A DNA stretch of 64,000 nucleotides from Bacillota bacterium (GCA_012837385.1 DURH01000020.1:297140-361139), one strand, 5' to 3'. Positions 1 through 10,127 are shown, numbered from the stretch's first letter. Made by a program: numbers and translations. The notes: generated by a model from the sequence alone, not told the origin.

Positions 1-371
1 TTCTTCATAATAGCAGCAACATGTCCTACCACGAAAACCAGACCGGCCAGAGTCAAAGTGGTGGTTAGATCTTGGGTTGGCGAAAAGGCACCAGGCACGA
101 CACCAATGAGGTTGGACAGACCAACAAAAATCGCCACCATGAGGATCAGGGGAACAAACACCTTACCCTCGGGTCCAATATCGCCGACTACGAGACCTTC
201 AATACCCTCCACGGCTACTTCCAGCAGGTGCTGTGCTCCGCGGGGGATCTTCTGCAAGTTCCTAGTGAGGAGGAAGCAGGTGAGGGCTACAACTGCCATG
301 ATAATCCAGGTGAACAAAAGCGGTTGGCTCACTGGAAACGTGTATATGTAGAACAAGACTTCAGGTTCCAC
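1..371 (-). CDS. atpB: F0F1 ATP synthase subunit a, N-terminal part (gene runs off the left edge)
   Basis: Not in ORF track because there is no stop in the window. Minus-strand GTG at 371-369 is preceded by GGGAGGA. My translation VEPEVLFYIYTFPVSQPLLFTWIIMAVVALTCFLL...GLSNLIGVVPGAFSPTQDLTTTLTLAGLVFVVGH is subunit-a-like. It follows atpZ/atpI as in standard atp operons. Confidence 0.75.
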   Translation of the reverse strand, partial: MEPEVLFYIYTFPVSQPLLFTWIIMAVVALTCFLLTRNLQKIPRGAQHLLEVAVEGIEGLVVGDIGPEGKVFVPLILMVAIFVGLSNLIGVVPGAFSPTQDLTTTLTLAGLVFVVGHVAAIMK

Positions 372-741
372 GCTTTATCCTCCCTTGCAATAGATGATAT
401 ACTATAGCCAAGCGGGGCATGAGAAGCCCAAGAAAGACAGATACGAAGCTTAAGTAAGGATTAAGTGCACCAACAGTGAGAGCGGCCGCGTACAGTGAAC
501 AGCGTTTCAAAAATGATCTGCGGTTGAAGCGGGACACTTCCCGACGCGACAGCTCGGTAGTGCGCGCCGCTTGCATCAGCGCTGTTGCATCGATGATCAT
601 CAGCCTCAGCGCTAAGCTGCTCATCAGCCCTCCCAAGAGCAGGCCTAGCGCCACCGGTACTTCCATGGCGAACAGGCCCAGTGTCAACACGAACGTGAGA
701 ATAACCGTGGTACGCAGTACATCAGCCTCGTTAAACATCAT
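361..741 (-). CDS. atpI: ATP synthase protein I-like small membrane protein
   Basis: 126-aa hydrophobic ORF located between an AtpZ-like ORF and atpB. It overlaps both neighbours by a few nt (operon coupling). Confidence 0.6.
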   Translation of the reverse strand: MMFNEADVLRTTVILTFVLTLGLFAMEVPVALGLLLGGLMSSLALRLMIIDATALMQAARTTELSRREVSRFNRRSFLKRCSLYAAALTVGALNPYLSFVSVFLGLLMPRLAIVYHLLQGRIKRGT

Positions 742-959
742 TTGCGCTCCGAGTTAACTCGCTCTATGTTCTCAATCAACTTGAATGTACCCCACAGCGC
801 TGAAAAGCAGCCAATAAGCAAAAAAACCAAGGTAAAGACCGCCCTTGTGTTGAGCAGGCGATCTAAGTATAGCCCCAAACCGGTGAAGAGGCCTACGCTC
901 AGTACGATGGTTACCCCGACTTGGGTAACCAAAGAAAGGTACTTCAGGCTATCCTTCAT
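738..959 (-). CDS. AtpZ/AtpI-family small membrane protein (putative F0F1-ATPase accessory subunit)
   Basis: 73-aa ORF with 2 TM segments (LSLVTQVGVTIVLSVGLFTGLGLYLDR...) at the head of the atp operon. Confidence 0.6.
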   Translation of the reverse strand: MKDSLKYLSLVTQVGVTIVLSVGLFTGLGLYLDRLLNTRAVFTLVFLLIGCFSALWGTFKLIENIERVNSERK

Positions 960-1183
960 CGCTGCTCCTTTCCGTCTGGAAGCTCTTATATATGTTCCAC
1001 ACCAAGGATCATTTTCCTTCCACTCTCAAGAAATCGCCACTTAAAGATGTCTCTCATGTATGATAACATATCAGGGGCGGGAAGTCCAAGTGCCGCACTG
1101 AGATTCATTTTTCCCGTCTGCAGGCATTCTGAACCAAGTGCAGAATGAACTCTTACACTACTAGAGATGATAGGAGATGCTTG

Positions 1184-2515
1184 ATGAAGATAGGTGTTGT
1201 GTCGTTAGGATGCGCCAAAAATCTCGTGGACACGGAGATTGTCCTTGGGTTTTTGGCCGAAGCAGGCCATGAACTGGTCAGTGATCCGTCTCAGGCGGAG
1301 ATCATAATCATAAATACATGTGGCTTTATTACGGAAGCTAAGGAGGAGTCCATCGGTGCAATCCTGGAGATGGCAGCGTTCAAGGAAGCGGGAACCTGCC
1401 AGGCCCTAATTGTCATGGGCTGCCTGTCTCAGCGCTATGCGCAGGAACTGTGGGAGGAGATTCCTGAGATCGATGCCATGTTGGGAACTAATGAACTTGA
1501 TCTGGTCCCAGCTGTGATCGAACGGGTGCTTTTAGGCGAGAGGGTGCTGGAAAAACGGGATAATCCTTTTAACTACAGCCAGCCTTACGCCCGCCTTTCC
1601 ACTACTGGTTCCCATTTAGCCTATCTCAAGGTTTCCGAAGGATGCTCTCATCGCTGCGCTTTTTGCGTCATTCCCACTATTCGGGGCCAGCTCCGGAGCC
1701 GCAGCATCGAATCAATATTGAAAGAAGCTGAATCCCTCAAAGCCGCTGGCGTCAAGGAACTGGCGGTTATTGCCCAGGACACCACAGCCTACGGCAGGGA
1801 TATCGGCACCAGCATCGTGGAACTTCTGAGGAGGATGGTGCACCTAGATTTTCCATGGATCCGGTTGCTTTATACGTTTCCCACTTCCATAGGTGATGAG
1901 CTTTTGGACATCATCGCTAGGGAACCCAGCATGGTCAAATACATCGACCTTCCCCTGCAGCATGTTTCCGCCAACGTGCTGAGGAGTATGAAGCGTCCTG
2001 GAGACTTTGATTCCACTGTGCAGTTGATCGAAAGGATAAGGGAGAGAATTCCCGGCGTAGTGATCCGCAGTTCCTTCATTGTGGGCTTCCCCGGTGAAAC
2101 GGAAGGGGATTTCCAGGAGCTGCTCAAATTCTTGGAGCAGGCGCGCCTTGATCATGTGGGCATCTTCAGGTACTCCCGTGAAGAGAATTCCGCGGCATAC
2201 CATTATCAGGACCAAGTTGATGAAAAGACCAAAAGGCGCCGCTACAACGAGGCTATGGCTCTGCAGCGGCAGATTTCCTATGAACTGAACCGGGGATTAG
2301 TGGGCAGGGAAGTCCAGGTTCTGATGGAATATCCATCCCAAGAGTCGGACCTGGTGATGGTGGGGCGGCATAGGGGGCAGGCTCCTGATGTGGACGGCGT
2401 TGTCTATGTGGGCAGAGGCACACTGCAGCCTGGAGACTTGGTCACTGTGCGCATTACCGAAGCCCATGCTTATGATCTGGTAGGAGAGGTGGTGGAAAGC
2501 AGTGAATCTGCCTAA
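1184..2515 (+). CDS. rimO: Ribosomal protein S12 methylthiotransferase RimO (radical SAM, TRAM domain)
   Basis: MKIGVVSLGCAKNLVDTE N-terminus and CSHRCAFCVIP radical-SAM motif. Start moved from 1145 to the ATG at 1184, which follows AGGAGA. Confidence 0.9.
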   Translation: MKIGVVSLGCAKNLVDTEIVLGFLAEAGHELVSDPSQAEIIIINTCGFITEAKEESIGAILEMAAFKEAGTCQALIVMGCLSQRYAQELWEEIPEIDAMLGTNELDLVPAVIERVLLGERVLEKRDNPFNYSQPYARLSTTGSHLAYLKVSEGCSHRCAFCVIPTIRGQLRSRSIESILKEAESLKAAGVKELAVIAQDTTAYGRDIGTSIVELLRRMVHLDFPWIRLLYTFPTSIGDELLDIIAREPSMVKYIDLPLQHVSANVLRSMKRPGDFDSTVQLIERIRERIPGVVIRSSFIVGFPGETEGDFQELLKFLEQARLDHVGIFRYSREENSAAYHYQDQVDEKTKRRRYNEAMALQRQISYELNRGLVGREVQVLMEYPSQESDLVMVGRHRGQAPDVDGVVYVGRGTLQPGDLVTVRITEAHAYDLVGEVVESSESA

Positions 2516-3023
2516 TGTGGTCACTTTGATCAGGATTACTCTGGTGCCCCTGTTTGTGTATCTGTACCTGATCAACCCTGGTGAGATGAACCTGTCCGCT
2601 GCCTTTGTCTTTCTCCTGGCCGCGGTTACCGATGGCCTAGATGGATACCTAGCCCGCCGACGCAGGGAGATTACGCGCTTTGGTCAGCTCATCGACCCCA
2701 TTGCCGACAAGCTGCTGATTTCTGCGGCACTGCTGGCTTTGGTGGAAGCTGGCTTGGTAAGCACTTGGCTGGCCTTGATCATACTCGGGCGGGAATTTGC
2801 CGTTTCCGGCCTTAGGATCCTGGCGGCTGCTGAAGGGAAGGTGATCGCTGCCTCCCTCTGGGGGAAAGTTAAGACAGTCACCCAGATATCGGCAGTTATG
2901 GCGTTTTTCCTGGGAATATCCTGGGCTCCAGTGGTGATGTGGCTTGCAGTAGTGGTGACGATTATCTCTGGTGTCCGGTATTTCCAGAAGGCCCAGGATG
3001 TACTAAAAAGCTCGATGAGATAG
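2502..3023 (+). CDS. pgsA: CDP-diacylglycerol--glycerol-3-phosphate 3-phosphatidyltransferase
   Basis: CDP-alcohol phosphatidyltransferase motif DGLDGYLARRRREITRFGQLIDPIADKL. Classic rimO-pgsA-cinA-recA neighbourhood. Confidence 0.9.
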   Translation: MNLPNVVTLIRITLVPLFVYLYLINPGEMNLSAAFVFLLAAVTDGLDGYLARRRREITRFGQLIDPIADKLLISAALLALVEAGLVSTWLALIILGREFAVSGLRILAAAEGKVIAASLWGKVKTVTQISAVMAFFLGISWAPVVMWLAVVVTIISGVRYFQKAQDVLKSSMR

Positions 3024-3038
3024 TGTGTTATAATACTA

Positions 3039-3068
3039 AGTGTCAGTAGCTATACTGACACTTTTTTT
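3039..3068 (+). terminator. Rho-independent terminator after pgsA
   Basis: AGTGTCAG-loop-CTGACACT followed by T7. Confidence 0.8.
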
Positions 3069-3098
3069 ATTGATCAGCTATTAGTGGAGGGAAAACCC

Positions 3099-3674
3099 AT
3101 GACTTTTCGAGGGTTTCGCGTGCAGATAACGATTTTGGTCTTTGTAGTAGTAGTGGCAGTGGGTTTGGTAGGAAAGTATGCCTATGAGCAAACCCAGGTA
3201 ATCTCTCCCCTGCAGGAACAGCTTCTGGGGTTAGCCGGTGTGGAAAGCGCCAGCTTGGAGGGGGCCCCGCTGGGTAGGGGAAGGCGGCCAGTGGTGAGTC
3301 TAGAGCTGGATCCAGAAGTGCCTTTGTCTGTGGTTTTTGGGCAAGTCCGGCAGGTTCTGGCCGGTTTTGGTGGGGAGGCGGTTATTCATGTGCAGGACAG
3401 TGCCAGCCCTGAGTTGGTGCGGATATTTGACCGTGTGCGCATTGCCGCGGAGGAAGCCATTATGACTGGTGAGTTCACTGTCTTGGAGGAACGGGTACAG
3501 AAACTGGCCCAGGACCATGGTATCGCTTGGGAGCTGGCCATGGACAGGGACTTCGTCTACGTGTCGCTGGGCACAGGTGAAAGGGTTCTGCGCAGGGTGA
3601 TCAACCGCGGCACAGACTTAGGCGGTATGGAAATCTACATGGGTGGAGGTGCTGTCAGTTGGGAAAATGGGTAA
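3099..3674 (+). CDS. Hypothetical membrane-anchored protein (single N-terminal TM)
   Basis: ORF with GGAGGG 6 nt before the ATG at 3099. N-terminal TM segment ITILVFVVVVAVGLVG. Its 3' end overlaps the start of the downstream FtsH-like gene. No family recognised. Confidence 0.6.
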   Translation: MTFRGFRVQITILVFVVVVAVGLVGKYAYEQTQVISPLQEQLLGLAGVESASLEGAPLGRGRRPVVSLELDPEVPLSVVFGQVRQVLAGFGGEAVIHVQDSASPELVRIFDRVRIAAEEAIMTGEFTVLEERVQKLAQDHGIAWELAMDRDFVYVSLGTGERVLRRVINRGTDLGGMEIYMGGGAVSWENG

Positions 3675-5158
3675 AAGAAATCGCACTAGGTGGCGCACTG
3701 GCACTGCTAGTGTTAGCCGTTATCCTCGGTTTTGACTTAACCGTATTCCTATTCCCTCTGAGCATCGCCGCCTTGGGAGCCATGGTGGTCAGCAGCCGCG
3801 GCGGGCTTGGGCCGCGTTTCAGCACCGCTAGTTTGGCAACGGGAGAGTCCAGCGCAGTCCCCGCCGTGACGTTCTCTGATATTGGAGGGCAGGAGACGGC
3901 CAAACGGGAATTTCTGGAGGCTCTCACTTTCCTGAAAGACAGTGTGAGAACTCGGCAGCTGGGCATAAGGCCGCTCAAGGGCGTGCTGCTGGTGGGCCCA
4001 CCGGGAACTGGCAAGACGCTGATGGCGAAAGCCGCTGCCAATTACACAGGATCAGCCTTTGTGGCAGCTTCAGGTTCACAATTTGTGCAGATGTATGCCG
4101 GAGTCGGAGCTGGCCGCGTACGGCAGCTCTTCAAACAAGCCCGTGCCTTGGCTGAACGGCAGAGCAAGACAAGCGCCATCGTCTTTATTGATGAAATTGA
4201 GGTGTTGGGGCCGAAAAGAGGAAAGAATACTAGTCACATGGAGTACGATCAGACCCTAAATGAGCTGCTCACTCAAATGGACGGAGTGGAAAGCGAACAC
4301 AAGGTGCAGGTCCTGGTGGTTGGTGCAACTAACCGGGCGGACCTTCTAGATCCCGCACTGCTTAGGCCGGGCCGTTTCGATCGCATCGTGCAGGTGGATC
4401 TGCCTGATAAGGCGGGGCGGCTGCACATCCTAAAGATTCACGCGGCTAGCAAGCCCTTGGCGGATGATGTCAGCTTGGAGACCGTGGCGGCAGAGACTCA
4501 CGGCTTTTCAGGCGCCCATCTGGAAAGTTTGCTAAATGAGGCTGCTATCTGCGCTCTGCGCGATGGCCGAAGCGAAATCAACCAAAGCGATTTGAGGGAC
4601 GCCACGGAAAAAGTGATGCTGGGTGAGAGGTCCAGTCGCACTCTCAGCAAAGAAGAACGGCAGCGCGTCGCCTACCACGAGGTTGGGCACGCTGTCATCA
4701 GTGAATTGGTACGGCCGGGGTCTGTCGCGTCAATAACCATAGTCTCCCGGAACCGAGCCTTGGGCTTTATCCGACAATCCCAGGATGATCAATATCTGTA
4801 CACCAAGGACCAGCTTCTCCAGGCGATTCAGGTCTATGTGGCAGGGGCTGTGATGGAAGAGATGGTCTTTGGCCAGCGTTCTACCGGGGCGGCCAATGAC
4901 ATTGAGCAGGCGGTTGACCTGGCCAAGCGCATGGTTTTTTCCGGTTTGTCTCCCTTGGGCATCGTCAGCCCGGATCTGCCTGCAGCGGGGTTAAGCACGA
5001 CTATCGCTCAGATTATCAAGGAACAGGAAGAGGCGGTAGAGGTGCGCTTGACAGGCCGAAAACAGGAGATTGAGGCCATAACTAGGAGACTATTGGAGGA
5101 GGAGAGCATGGGCGGGGAGGATTTTCGTGCCCTGCTGCAAAGGAAGCGTGTTTCCTAG
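3659..5158 (+). CDS. FtsH-family AAA+ zinc metalloprotease paralog (short form, no large extracytoplasmic domain)
   Basis: Walker A GPPGTGKT, Walker B IVFIDEID-like [36 protein letters not shown] as YHEVGHAV and a downstream ANDIEQA acidic ligand region. Only 499 aa. TTG start sits 8 nt after GGAGGTG. Confidence 0.8.
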   Translation: MGKWVKEIALGGALALLVLAVILGFDLTVFLFPLSIAALGAMVVSSRGGLGPRFSTASLATGESSAVPAVTFSDIGGQETAKREFLEALTFLKDSVRTRQLGIRPLKGVLLVGPPGTGKTLMAKAAANYTGSAFVAASGSQFVQMYAGVGAGRVRQLFKQARALAERQSKTSAIVFIDEIEVLGPKRGKNTSHMEYDQTLNELLTQMDGVESEHKVQVLVVGATNRADLLDPALLRPGRFDRIVQVDLPDKAGRLHILKIHAASKPLADDVSLETVAAETHGFSGAHLESLLNEAAICALRDGRSEINQSDLRDATEKVMLGERSSRTLSKEERQRVAYHEVGHAVISELVRPGSVASITIVSRNRALGFIRQSQDDQYLYTKDQLLQAIQVYVAGAVMEEMVFGQRSTGAANDIEQAVDLAKRMVFSGLSPLGIVSPDLPAAGLSTTIAQIIKEQEEAVEVRLTGRKQEIEAITRRLLEEESMGGEDFRALLQRKRVS

Positions 5159-5199
5159 TTGTTCCAGATCTGCCAACTTGTTATAATCAAAAGGTGGAT

Positions 5200-5652
5200 T
5201 TAACGGATCAAGAGGCGGATCAGCAGCGCTGTGATTCCTGCCGCCATGATGGGGCCCACCGACACACCGCCAAAGAAAGAAACACTGAGCATAACCCCAA
5301 TGAGGATTCCTGGAAGAATGGAAGGTTCCACAGCTACCAACTCTAGGCCCTGACTGTTGAGATAGGCCCCAAGGAGGCCGCCTACAACAGATAGAATTCC
5401 CACGGGGCTGAGCAGTGCTGACACCAAGTTCTTTAGCGTGATCTGCCCGGTGACGAATGGTATCATCAGGGAGATTGTCAAAAACAGCAGCCCAGCTTCG
5501 AGTCCCCGGGTTTGGATTAAGGGAAAGAAGCGGTCTAGGCGCATGAGATAAAGAAAGAAAACTATCGCGGCAGCTGCGCCTAAGAGATTGTTTTTGGACA
5601 AGAGTGCTACGATAAAGACGATCAACAAAGGCAGTACAGAGTGCATTTTCAT
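5200..5652 (-). CDS. UPF0756/DUF441-family membrane protein
   Basis: 150-aa polytopic ORF. Sequence style (LPLLIVFIVALLSKNNLLGAAAAI..., GPIMAAGITALLIRLL) matches my recollection of the DUF441 family. Confidence 0.65.
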   Translation of the reverse strand: MKMHSVLPLLIVFIVALLSKNNLLGAAAAIVFFLYLMRLDRFFPLIQTRGLEAGLLFLTISLMIPFVTGQITLKNLVSALLSPVGILSVVGGLLGAYLNSQGLELVAVEPSILPGILIGVMLSVSFFGGVSVGPIMAAGITALLIRLLIR

Positions 5653-5687
5653 CCCCCTTGATCATCCTATTCCCAATCCTACGCTAT

Positions 5688-6155
5688 ATGAAAGGGGTGG
5701 TGGCGATTAACGCCCAACCTCATCTTGGACTGCTCACTAGCAACGCTGTGTTGATGACATCCCTCTTAGCCTGGGCTGTGGCGCAGCTGCTCAAAATAGT
5801 GACTTGGGCGGTGGTGCGCGGCAAGTGGAACTTTAAGCGTTTGGTGGAACCTGGGGGTATGCCAAGTTCCCATACGGCCTTTGTTACCTCGTTGGCTACC
5901 GGTGTAGGGCTGCATGATGGGTTTGACTCTACTTTGTTTGCCCTAGCCACAGTATTCGCCCTGATCGTGATGTATGACGCGGCAGGGGTGAGACGCGCCG
6001 CAGGCAAACAGGCCAGGGTTTTGAATGCCATTGTTGAAGACCTTAACCGGAAGGAACTGCATCCCGAACGCCTGCGGGAGCTCCTGGGCCATACGCCTGT
6101 AGAAGTAGTGGTGGGAGCACTGTTAGGAATACTTATTGCAGTCTGGCGGCTTTAG
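5688..6155 (+). CDS. Divergent PAP2-family membrane protein (YuiD-like)
   Basis: GGMPSSHTAFVTSLATGVGL, MYDAAGVRRAAGKQA and LLGHTPVEVVVGALLG resemble B. subtilis YuiD. The exact start is uncertain (5658-5700). Confidence 0.75.
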   Translation: MKGVVAINAQPHLGLLTSNAVLMTSLLAWAVAQLLKIVTWAVVRGKWNFKRLVEPGGMPSSHTAFVTSLATGVGLHDGFDSTLFALATVFALIVMYDAAGVRRAAGKQARVLNAIVEDLNRKELHPERLRELLGHTPVEVVVGALLGILIAVWRL

Positions 6156-6161
6156 AAGCGA

Positions 6162-6191
6162 AGGCACAGGGGGGATCCTGTGCCTTTTTTT
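6162..6191. terminator. Bidirectional hairpin terminator between convergent genes
   Basis: AGGCACAGG-GGGGAT-CCTGTGCCT followed by T6. Confidence 0.75.
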
Positions 6192-6197
6192 GGAGGG

Positions 6198-7169
6198 TCA
6201 ACGCCTCCAGACATGAGGGGTGGAGTAGTAGCCTGCCAAACCGCTTTTGCTAATGGCGGCAATAACGTAGGTGATTTCCGTGGGGGGACTCTCGGGATCC
6301 AGGGAGTGCAGGAACTGGGTGTCATCGGTGGGGTTTGGGGTTAGGAGCTCAAAGCGTTCTAAGGGGCTGGTCTGCGCCAGTACAAGGTAGCCGAGGAGAT
6401 TCCAATGGTCAACAGCGTCCCATGCAATCATCACTTGTGAGTCGTCACCGGTCACAGTTACCGTTTCAGGTGCTGGAAGGATGGTTTCTACCCGTCCCGC
6501 AACCTGCAGCTCTTGAGTTTCAGGGCTCCATGTCAAAGAAAGGTCTTCGTTTTCGCCAATGTGGATGACCTGCCACACGCCTGAGCCCAACCTGTCACTG
6601 GCGCGGAATGATTCTGTATACAGCTCTATCTTGAACTCATAGCTCCCTGGACTGATTTTCAGCTCTGTTTCGAAGGGGTCACCTGGATCCTTGCGGATAA
6701 CCTCGTGTACCATGTCGTCAAGGTGGATTCGAGCCCGCAGGGCTTGCTGCTTAAAGACATAGTTCGTGAGATCAATGACAATGTGGACTGTGCTGTCTGC
6801 AGGCTGGAGTACCAATTCAACTGTTGTCCCGGTACCGTAACTGACCTGCGTGCTCTGGGGTTTGCTCTGGAAGCGCACTATACCGTCTGCGTCCACTAAC
6901 ATCACCGTGAGCTCCCACTGGCCTACAGGCACCTGAAGTGTACCTTCAAACTGGTTAAGATACACCGGGACTGTGGTTTCCAAAAGGTGTTTTCCCCGGC
7001 TGAGGGAAATGCGTGCTTCTACCACAGTGTCAGGGACAGTGCTCAGGGTTCCCAAGACCGTGAGGGGAGCCTCTCCTGTCAATGAAGCTGTTGGCAGACA
7101 GGCGCTGCTGAGCAGGGAAGTGATGGCCAGCAGTATCAGGAGCGTAAGGCGGGCTCCAGTCTGTCTCAT
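6198..7169 (-). CDS. Hypothetical lipoprotein with Ig/FN3-like C-terminal region
   Basis: Start re-placed to the ATG at 7169 (AAGGAGGA upstream). N-terminus MRQTGARLTLLILLAITSLLSSAC looks like a lipobox signal. The rest is beta-rich. No family recognised. Confidence 0.65.
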   Translation of the reverse strand: MRQTGARLTLLILLAITSLLSSACLPTASLTGEAPLTVLGTLSTVPDTVVEARISLSRGKHLLETTVPVYLNQFEGTLQVPVGQWELTVMLVDADGIVRFQSKPQSTQVSYGTGTTVELVLQPADSTVHIVIDLTNYVFKQQALRARIHLDDMVHEVIRKDPGDPFETELKISPGSYEFKIELYTESFRASDRLGSGVWQVIHIGENEDLSLTWSPETQELQVAGRVETILPAPETVTVTGDDSQVMIAWDAVDHWNLLGYLVLAQTSPLERFELLTPNPTDDTQFLHSLDPESPPTEITYVIAAISKSGLAGYYSTPHVWRR

Positions 7170-7272
7170 AGAGATCCTCCTTATTCTCCTCCCTGGGCGC
7201 AGCCCTAATATAGCACAGAAAGAACCAAAAGTCAATAGGGTATTAAAATTTTCGGAAAACGAGGTGCAAATC

Positions 7273-8529
7273 GTGCGGGCAGAATTGGTGATGGTGGGAA
7301 CAGAACTGCTCTTGGGCGAAACGGTTGACACCAATGCCGCTTTCCTAGCTAGGCATCTAGCTGACCTGGGCATTGATGTCTATTACAAATCCACGGTGGG
7401 AGACAACCTGCCTAGAATCCAGGAAGTACTCAGCCGAGCTTTGGGCCGCTCGGATCTGGTCATTATGAGCGGTGGGCTCGGGCCCACTGAAGATGACTTG
7501 GCCAGGGAAGCGGTAAGCCTAGTGACCGGCTGCCCCTTGGAGGAGAATAGGGATGTACTGCGCTGGATAGAGAATCGGTTTATCGAGCGCTATGGATCTT
7601 TGGACGCTATGCCTCCCCAAAACCGCAAGCAGGCACTCTTTCCCCAAGGAAGCGAAGTTGTGGACAACCCTGTAGGCACAGCTCCTGGTTTTTGGCTGGA
7701 GAAGCAGGGCAGCGTAGTGGTGGCACTGCCTGGTGTTCCTCTGGAACTTGAGTCAATGTTTACAAAGTCTATTCTGCCCAGACTGAACGTGCGGAGAACT
7801 GGAGAAGTGTTGATAACTAGAAACCTGCACTTCGCGGGTATTGGTGAGTCCAGCCTTGCTCAGCGTTTGGAAGACTTGGTGGTCCAACAGACCAATCCCA
7901 CTCTGGCAGTGTACGCATCGGGAGGCACAGTACGCGCTCGGTTGGCGGCCAAGGCGCCGAGCCGGGAGGCAGCCCTGGACTTGATTGCGCCTTTGGAAGC
8001 GGAGATCAAAAAGCGCGCCGGAGAGTTTTTCTATGGTGTAGATGGTCAATCGTTGGAGGAAGTGGTAGCCCATATGTTTCTGGAACTGGGGCTTACCCTT
8101 TCCCTGGCGGAATCCTGCACAGGTGGACTTATTGCCCATCGCCTCACTAATATCCCGGGCAGTTCCGAGTTCCTGCAGCGGGGTTATGTAGTGTATACCA
8201 ATCAAGCCAAAATCGACGATCTTGGGGTACAGCCCAGTACCTTGACTCGCTGCACCGCCTACAGCCCCGAGGCGGCCCGGGAGATGGCGGATGGTGTGCG
8301 CAGAAAAGCTCAAACAGATTTTGGCCTGGCTGTAACCGGTATCGCAGGTCCAGGCGGTGGCAGCGAGGACAAACCAGTTGGCTTGGCATACATCGGTTTG
8401 GCTTCAGCTGGCCATACTATTGTGCAGAAACACTTTTGGAAAGGGACGCGGGAGCAGATTAAGGAGCGTCTAGCCTGTGCAGCACTGCAGCTGCTGTTGA
8501 AGGCCATCAGCGAAGTGAAGTCTGGTTAG
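7273..8529 (+). CDS. cinA: Competence/damage-inducible protein CinA (MoCF-binding plus PncC nicotinamide-nucleotide amidase domains)
   Basis: VRAELVMVGTELLLGETVDTNAAFLA N-terminus and C-terminal LAESCTGGL...GIAGPGGGSEDKPVGL. GTG at 7273 follows GAGGTG. The ORF-track start at 6973 is an artefactual extension over the opposite-strand gene. Confidence 0.9.
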   Translation: MRAELVMVGTELLLGETVDTNAAFLARHLADLGIDVYYKSTVGDNLPRIQEVLSRALGRSDLVIMSGGLGPTEDDLAREAVSLVTGCPLEENRDVLRWIENRFIERYGSLDAMPPQNRKQALFPQGSEVVDNPVGTAPGFWLEKQGSVVVALPGVPLELESMFTKSILPRLNVRRTGEVLITRNLHFAGIGESSLAQRLEDLVVQQTNPTLAVYASGGTVRARLAAKAPSREAALDLIAPLEAEIKKRAGEFFYGVDGQSLEEVVAHMFLELGLTLSLAESCTGGLIAHRLTNIPGSSEFLQRGYVVYTNQAKIDDLGVQPSTLTRCTAYSPEAAREMADGVRRKAQTDFGLAVTGIAGPGGGSEDKPVGLAYIGLASAGHTIVQKHFWKGTREQIKERLACAALQLLLKAISEVKSG

Positions 8530-8533
8530 GGGG

Positions 8534-9973
8534 ATGGGGCACATGGAACAGCTGAGCAGGGGCCGGCGGAAGTACTTACCGGCTCTTTTTGCTTTCCTAG
8601 GTGTGCTCCTCTTTGTAAACCTTTTTTCCAGCACCGATTACCTGCTTCTTTCCGCCGTTGTCAATCTGCAGGTTGTCCTGGCTGATGCGCCGCACACTCG
8701 AGTGGTGCTGCCTCCCGTTGGCGAGATTCGCGCCCGCACCCACTGGTTTCCCGTGCAGATCAAAGCTGAACTGCGTAGTGTGGATTTGAACTCTCTGCGC
8801 AGCACCGTGTTCTCTCCAGTACTCGATGAGGAGCAGATTTTGCACAGGATTCAGGAAGGGATTTCCCGGATAATAGTTCATTTTCTCATCAAGCTCTCCC
8901 TCTTGGCTTTTGCAGGCGCTGCGTTCGCGCTGTATGTGCTGGGAGTGCGCAGCGCCCGAACCATGGTGCGGGGAGGCTTGGCCGCCACCGTCGCAGTTCT
9001 GATCATCAGTGGCCTGGTCTATGCCACGTATGATCCTTCCGGTTTTGATCACATGGAGTACCAGGGCATGATTGAGGCAGCCCCTTGGGTGCTCAACGTG
9101 GTCCGCGATGCCCTAGATCAAGTGAAAGAGTTTGGGCAGCGTGTTCAACTGCTTGCTGGTAACCTCTATTCTGCCCTGCAGCGTTTGGAGGAGATGGGGC
9201 CTTTGGGGCTGGTGGAAGCCGATCTATTGGTGCTGCATGTTTCGGACATCCATAACAACCCTGTGGCCTATAACTTCGCCGCCCAAGTGGTGGAGAGCTT
9301 CGGGGTAGATGTGATCCTGGATACAGGCGACTTGACAGATTGGGGAACTGCCCTGGAGGCAGAGATCACCAGGCGCATCGAAAGGCTCGGCCTGCCCTAC
9401 GTGTTTGTCTCGGGTAACCATGATTCCCCCAATGTGATCAAGCGTCTTGCTGATACGGATCATGTTGTAGTGCTGGGTGAAGCCGTGACTGTTTCTGGCT
9501 TGCGCATCGCGGGCACAGGGGATTTGGTGGCGGGCAGCTATTTGCCTACCCCAGCTTCTGTCCAGGAACTGGCTTCCTTGGCAGAAACGATCAATGCCCG
9601 CTGGGCAGCGGCGGATGAGAAACCCCATGTTTTCATGGTCCATAATCACAGGGTGGCTGAGGCAATTATTCCAGGCCTTTTTCCAGTGGTAGCATACGGG
9701 CACACCCATTTGTGGGGGGTAAAGCAGGTGGATGCTACTGTGTACAGCAACGCGGGCACAACAGGTGCGGCAGGGATTCGGGGATTCCAAAGTAAAGAAC
9801 CACTGCCTTACAGCCTATCTCTGCTGTATTTCGCCCGCGGTGAGGACGGTGATCTGCACCTGTCAGCAGTGGACGGGGTTCATGTGACTGGCTTGGGACA
9901 GAGCTTCTCCCTGCAGAGAACATTTATCGAACATGGCAGGAATAGCCACGGTGATGTAGAACTATCAGAATGA
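8534..9973 (+). CDS. Membrane-associated metallophosphoesterase (calcineurin-like)
   Basis: N-terminal TM segments, then [25 protein letters not shown] and GHTH metallophosphoesterase motifs. Confidence 0.75.
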   Translation: MGHMEQLSRGRRKYLPALFAFLGVLLFVNLFSSTDYLLLSAVVNLQVVLADAPHTRVVLPPVGEIRARTHWFPVQIKAELRSVDLNSLRSTVFSPVLDEEQILHRIQEGISRIIVHFLIKLSLLAFAGAAFALYVLGVRSARTMVRGGLAATVAVLIISGLVYATYDPSGFDHMEYQGMIEAAPWVLNVVRDALDQVKEFGQRVQLLAGNLYSALQRLEEMGPLGLVEADLLVLHVSDIHNNPVAYNFAAQVVESFGVDVILDTGDLTDWGTALEAEITRRIERLGLPYVFVSGNHDSPNVIKRLADTDHVVVLGEAVTVSGLRIAGTGDLVAGSYLPTPASVQELASLAETINARWAAADEKPHVFMVHNHRVAEAIIPGLFPVVAYGHTHLWGVKQVDATVYSNAGTTGAAGIRGFQSKEPLPYSLSLLYFARGEDGDLHLSAVDGVHVTGLGQSFSLQRTFIEHGRNSHGDVELSE

Positions 9974-10079
9974 ACTCCACCAGAAGGTTGGTTATCGTGC
10001 TTTCCAGGGGGAAACGACGGATGCCTGGAGGCCCGCAATGGGTCTTAGGCAGGTTTCTCCCCTTTTTATGATTCGTGGG

Positions 10080-10093
10080 CGAACATTTGTTTT
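10080..10093 (+). promoter_or_regulatory. Putative LexA (Cheo/SOS) box upstream of recA
   Basis: CGAACATTTGTTTT lies 35 nt upstream of the recA ATG. It resembles the Gram-positive consensus CGAAC-N4-GTTYC (right half degenerate). Confidence 0.5.
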
Positions 10094-10127
10094 AATTTGT
10101 TTCAATGAGAAAGGGGCGAATTCTGTA

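Noticed and set aside
5090-5665. Long antisense or alternative-frame ORFs in the track. Examples: 5090-5665(-), 23824-24465(-), 28825-29586(-), 32274-33002(-), 35424-36053(-), 39530-40141(-), 49407-49997(-), 55617-56267(-), 58652-59182(-).
   Set aside because: Each lies entirely within, or opposite, a gene with clear family motifs. They have low-complexity or Arg/Pro/Ser-rich translations and no RBS. They are typical shadow ORFs of moderately GC-rich coding DNA.
6973-7272. N-terminal extensions of ORF-track calls. Examples: cinA from 6973, recA from 10038, rluB from 24194, the membrane protein from 29741, MarR from 44100, the ABC ATPase from 48141, the activase from 20139, the ABC-F gene from 53725, and the lipoprotein to 7373.
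   Set aside because: The extensions overlap neighbouring genes or terminator hairpins and lack an RBS. Family-typical N-termini with a good SD occur at the internal starts I report.
8534-9973. Membrane metallophosphoesterase between cinA and recA as an unusual insertion.
   Set aside because: Its motifs are ordinary calcineurin-like ones. Without comparative synteny I cannot argue that it is more than a lineage-specific housekeeping gene.
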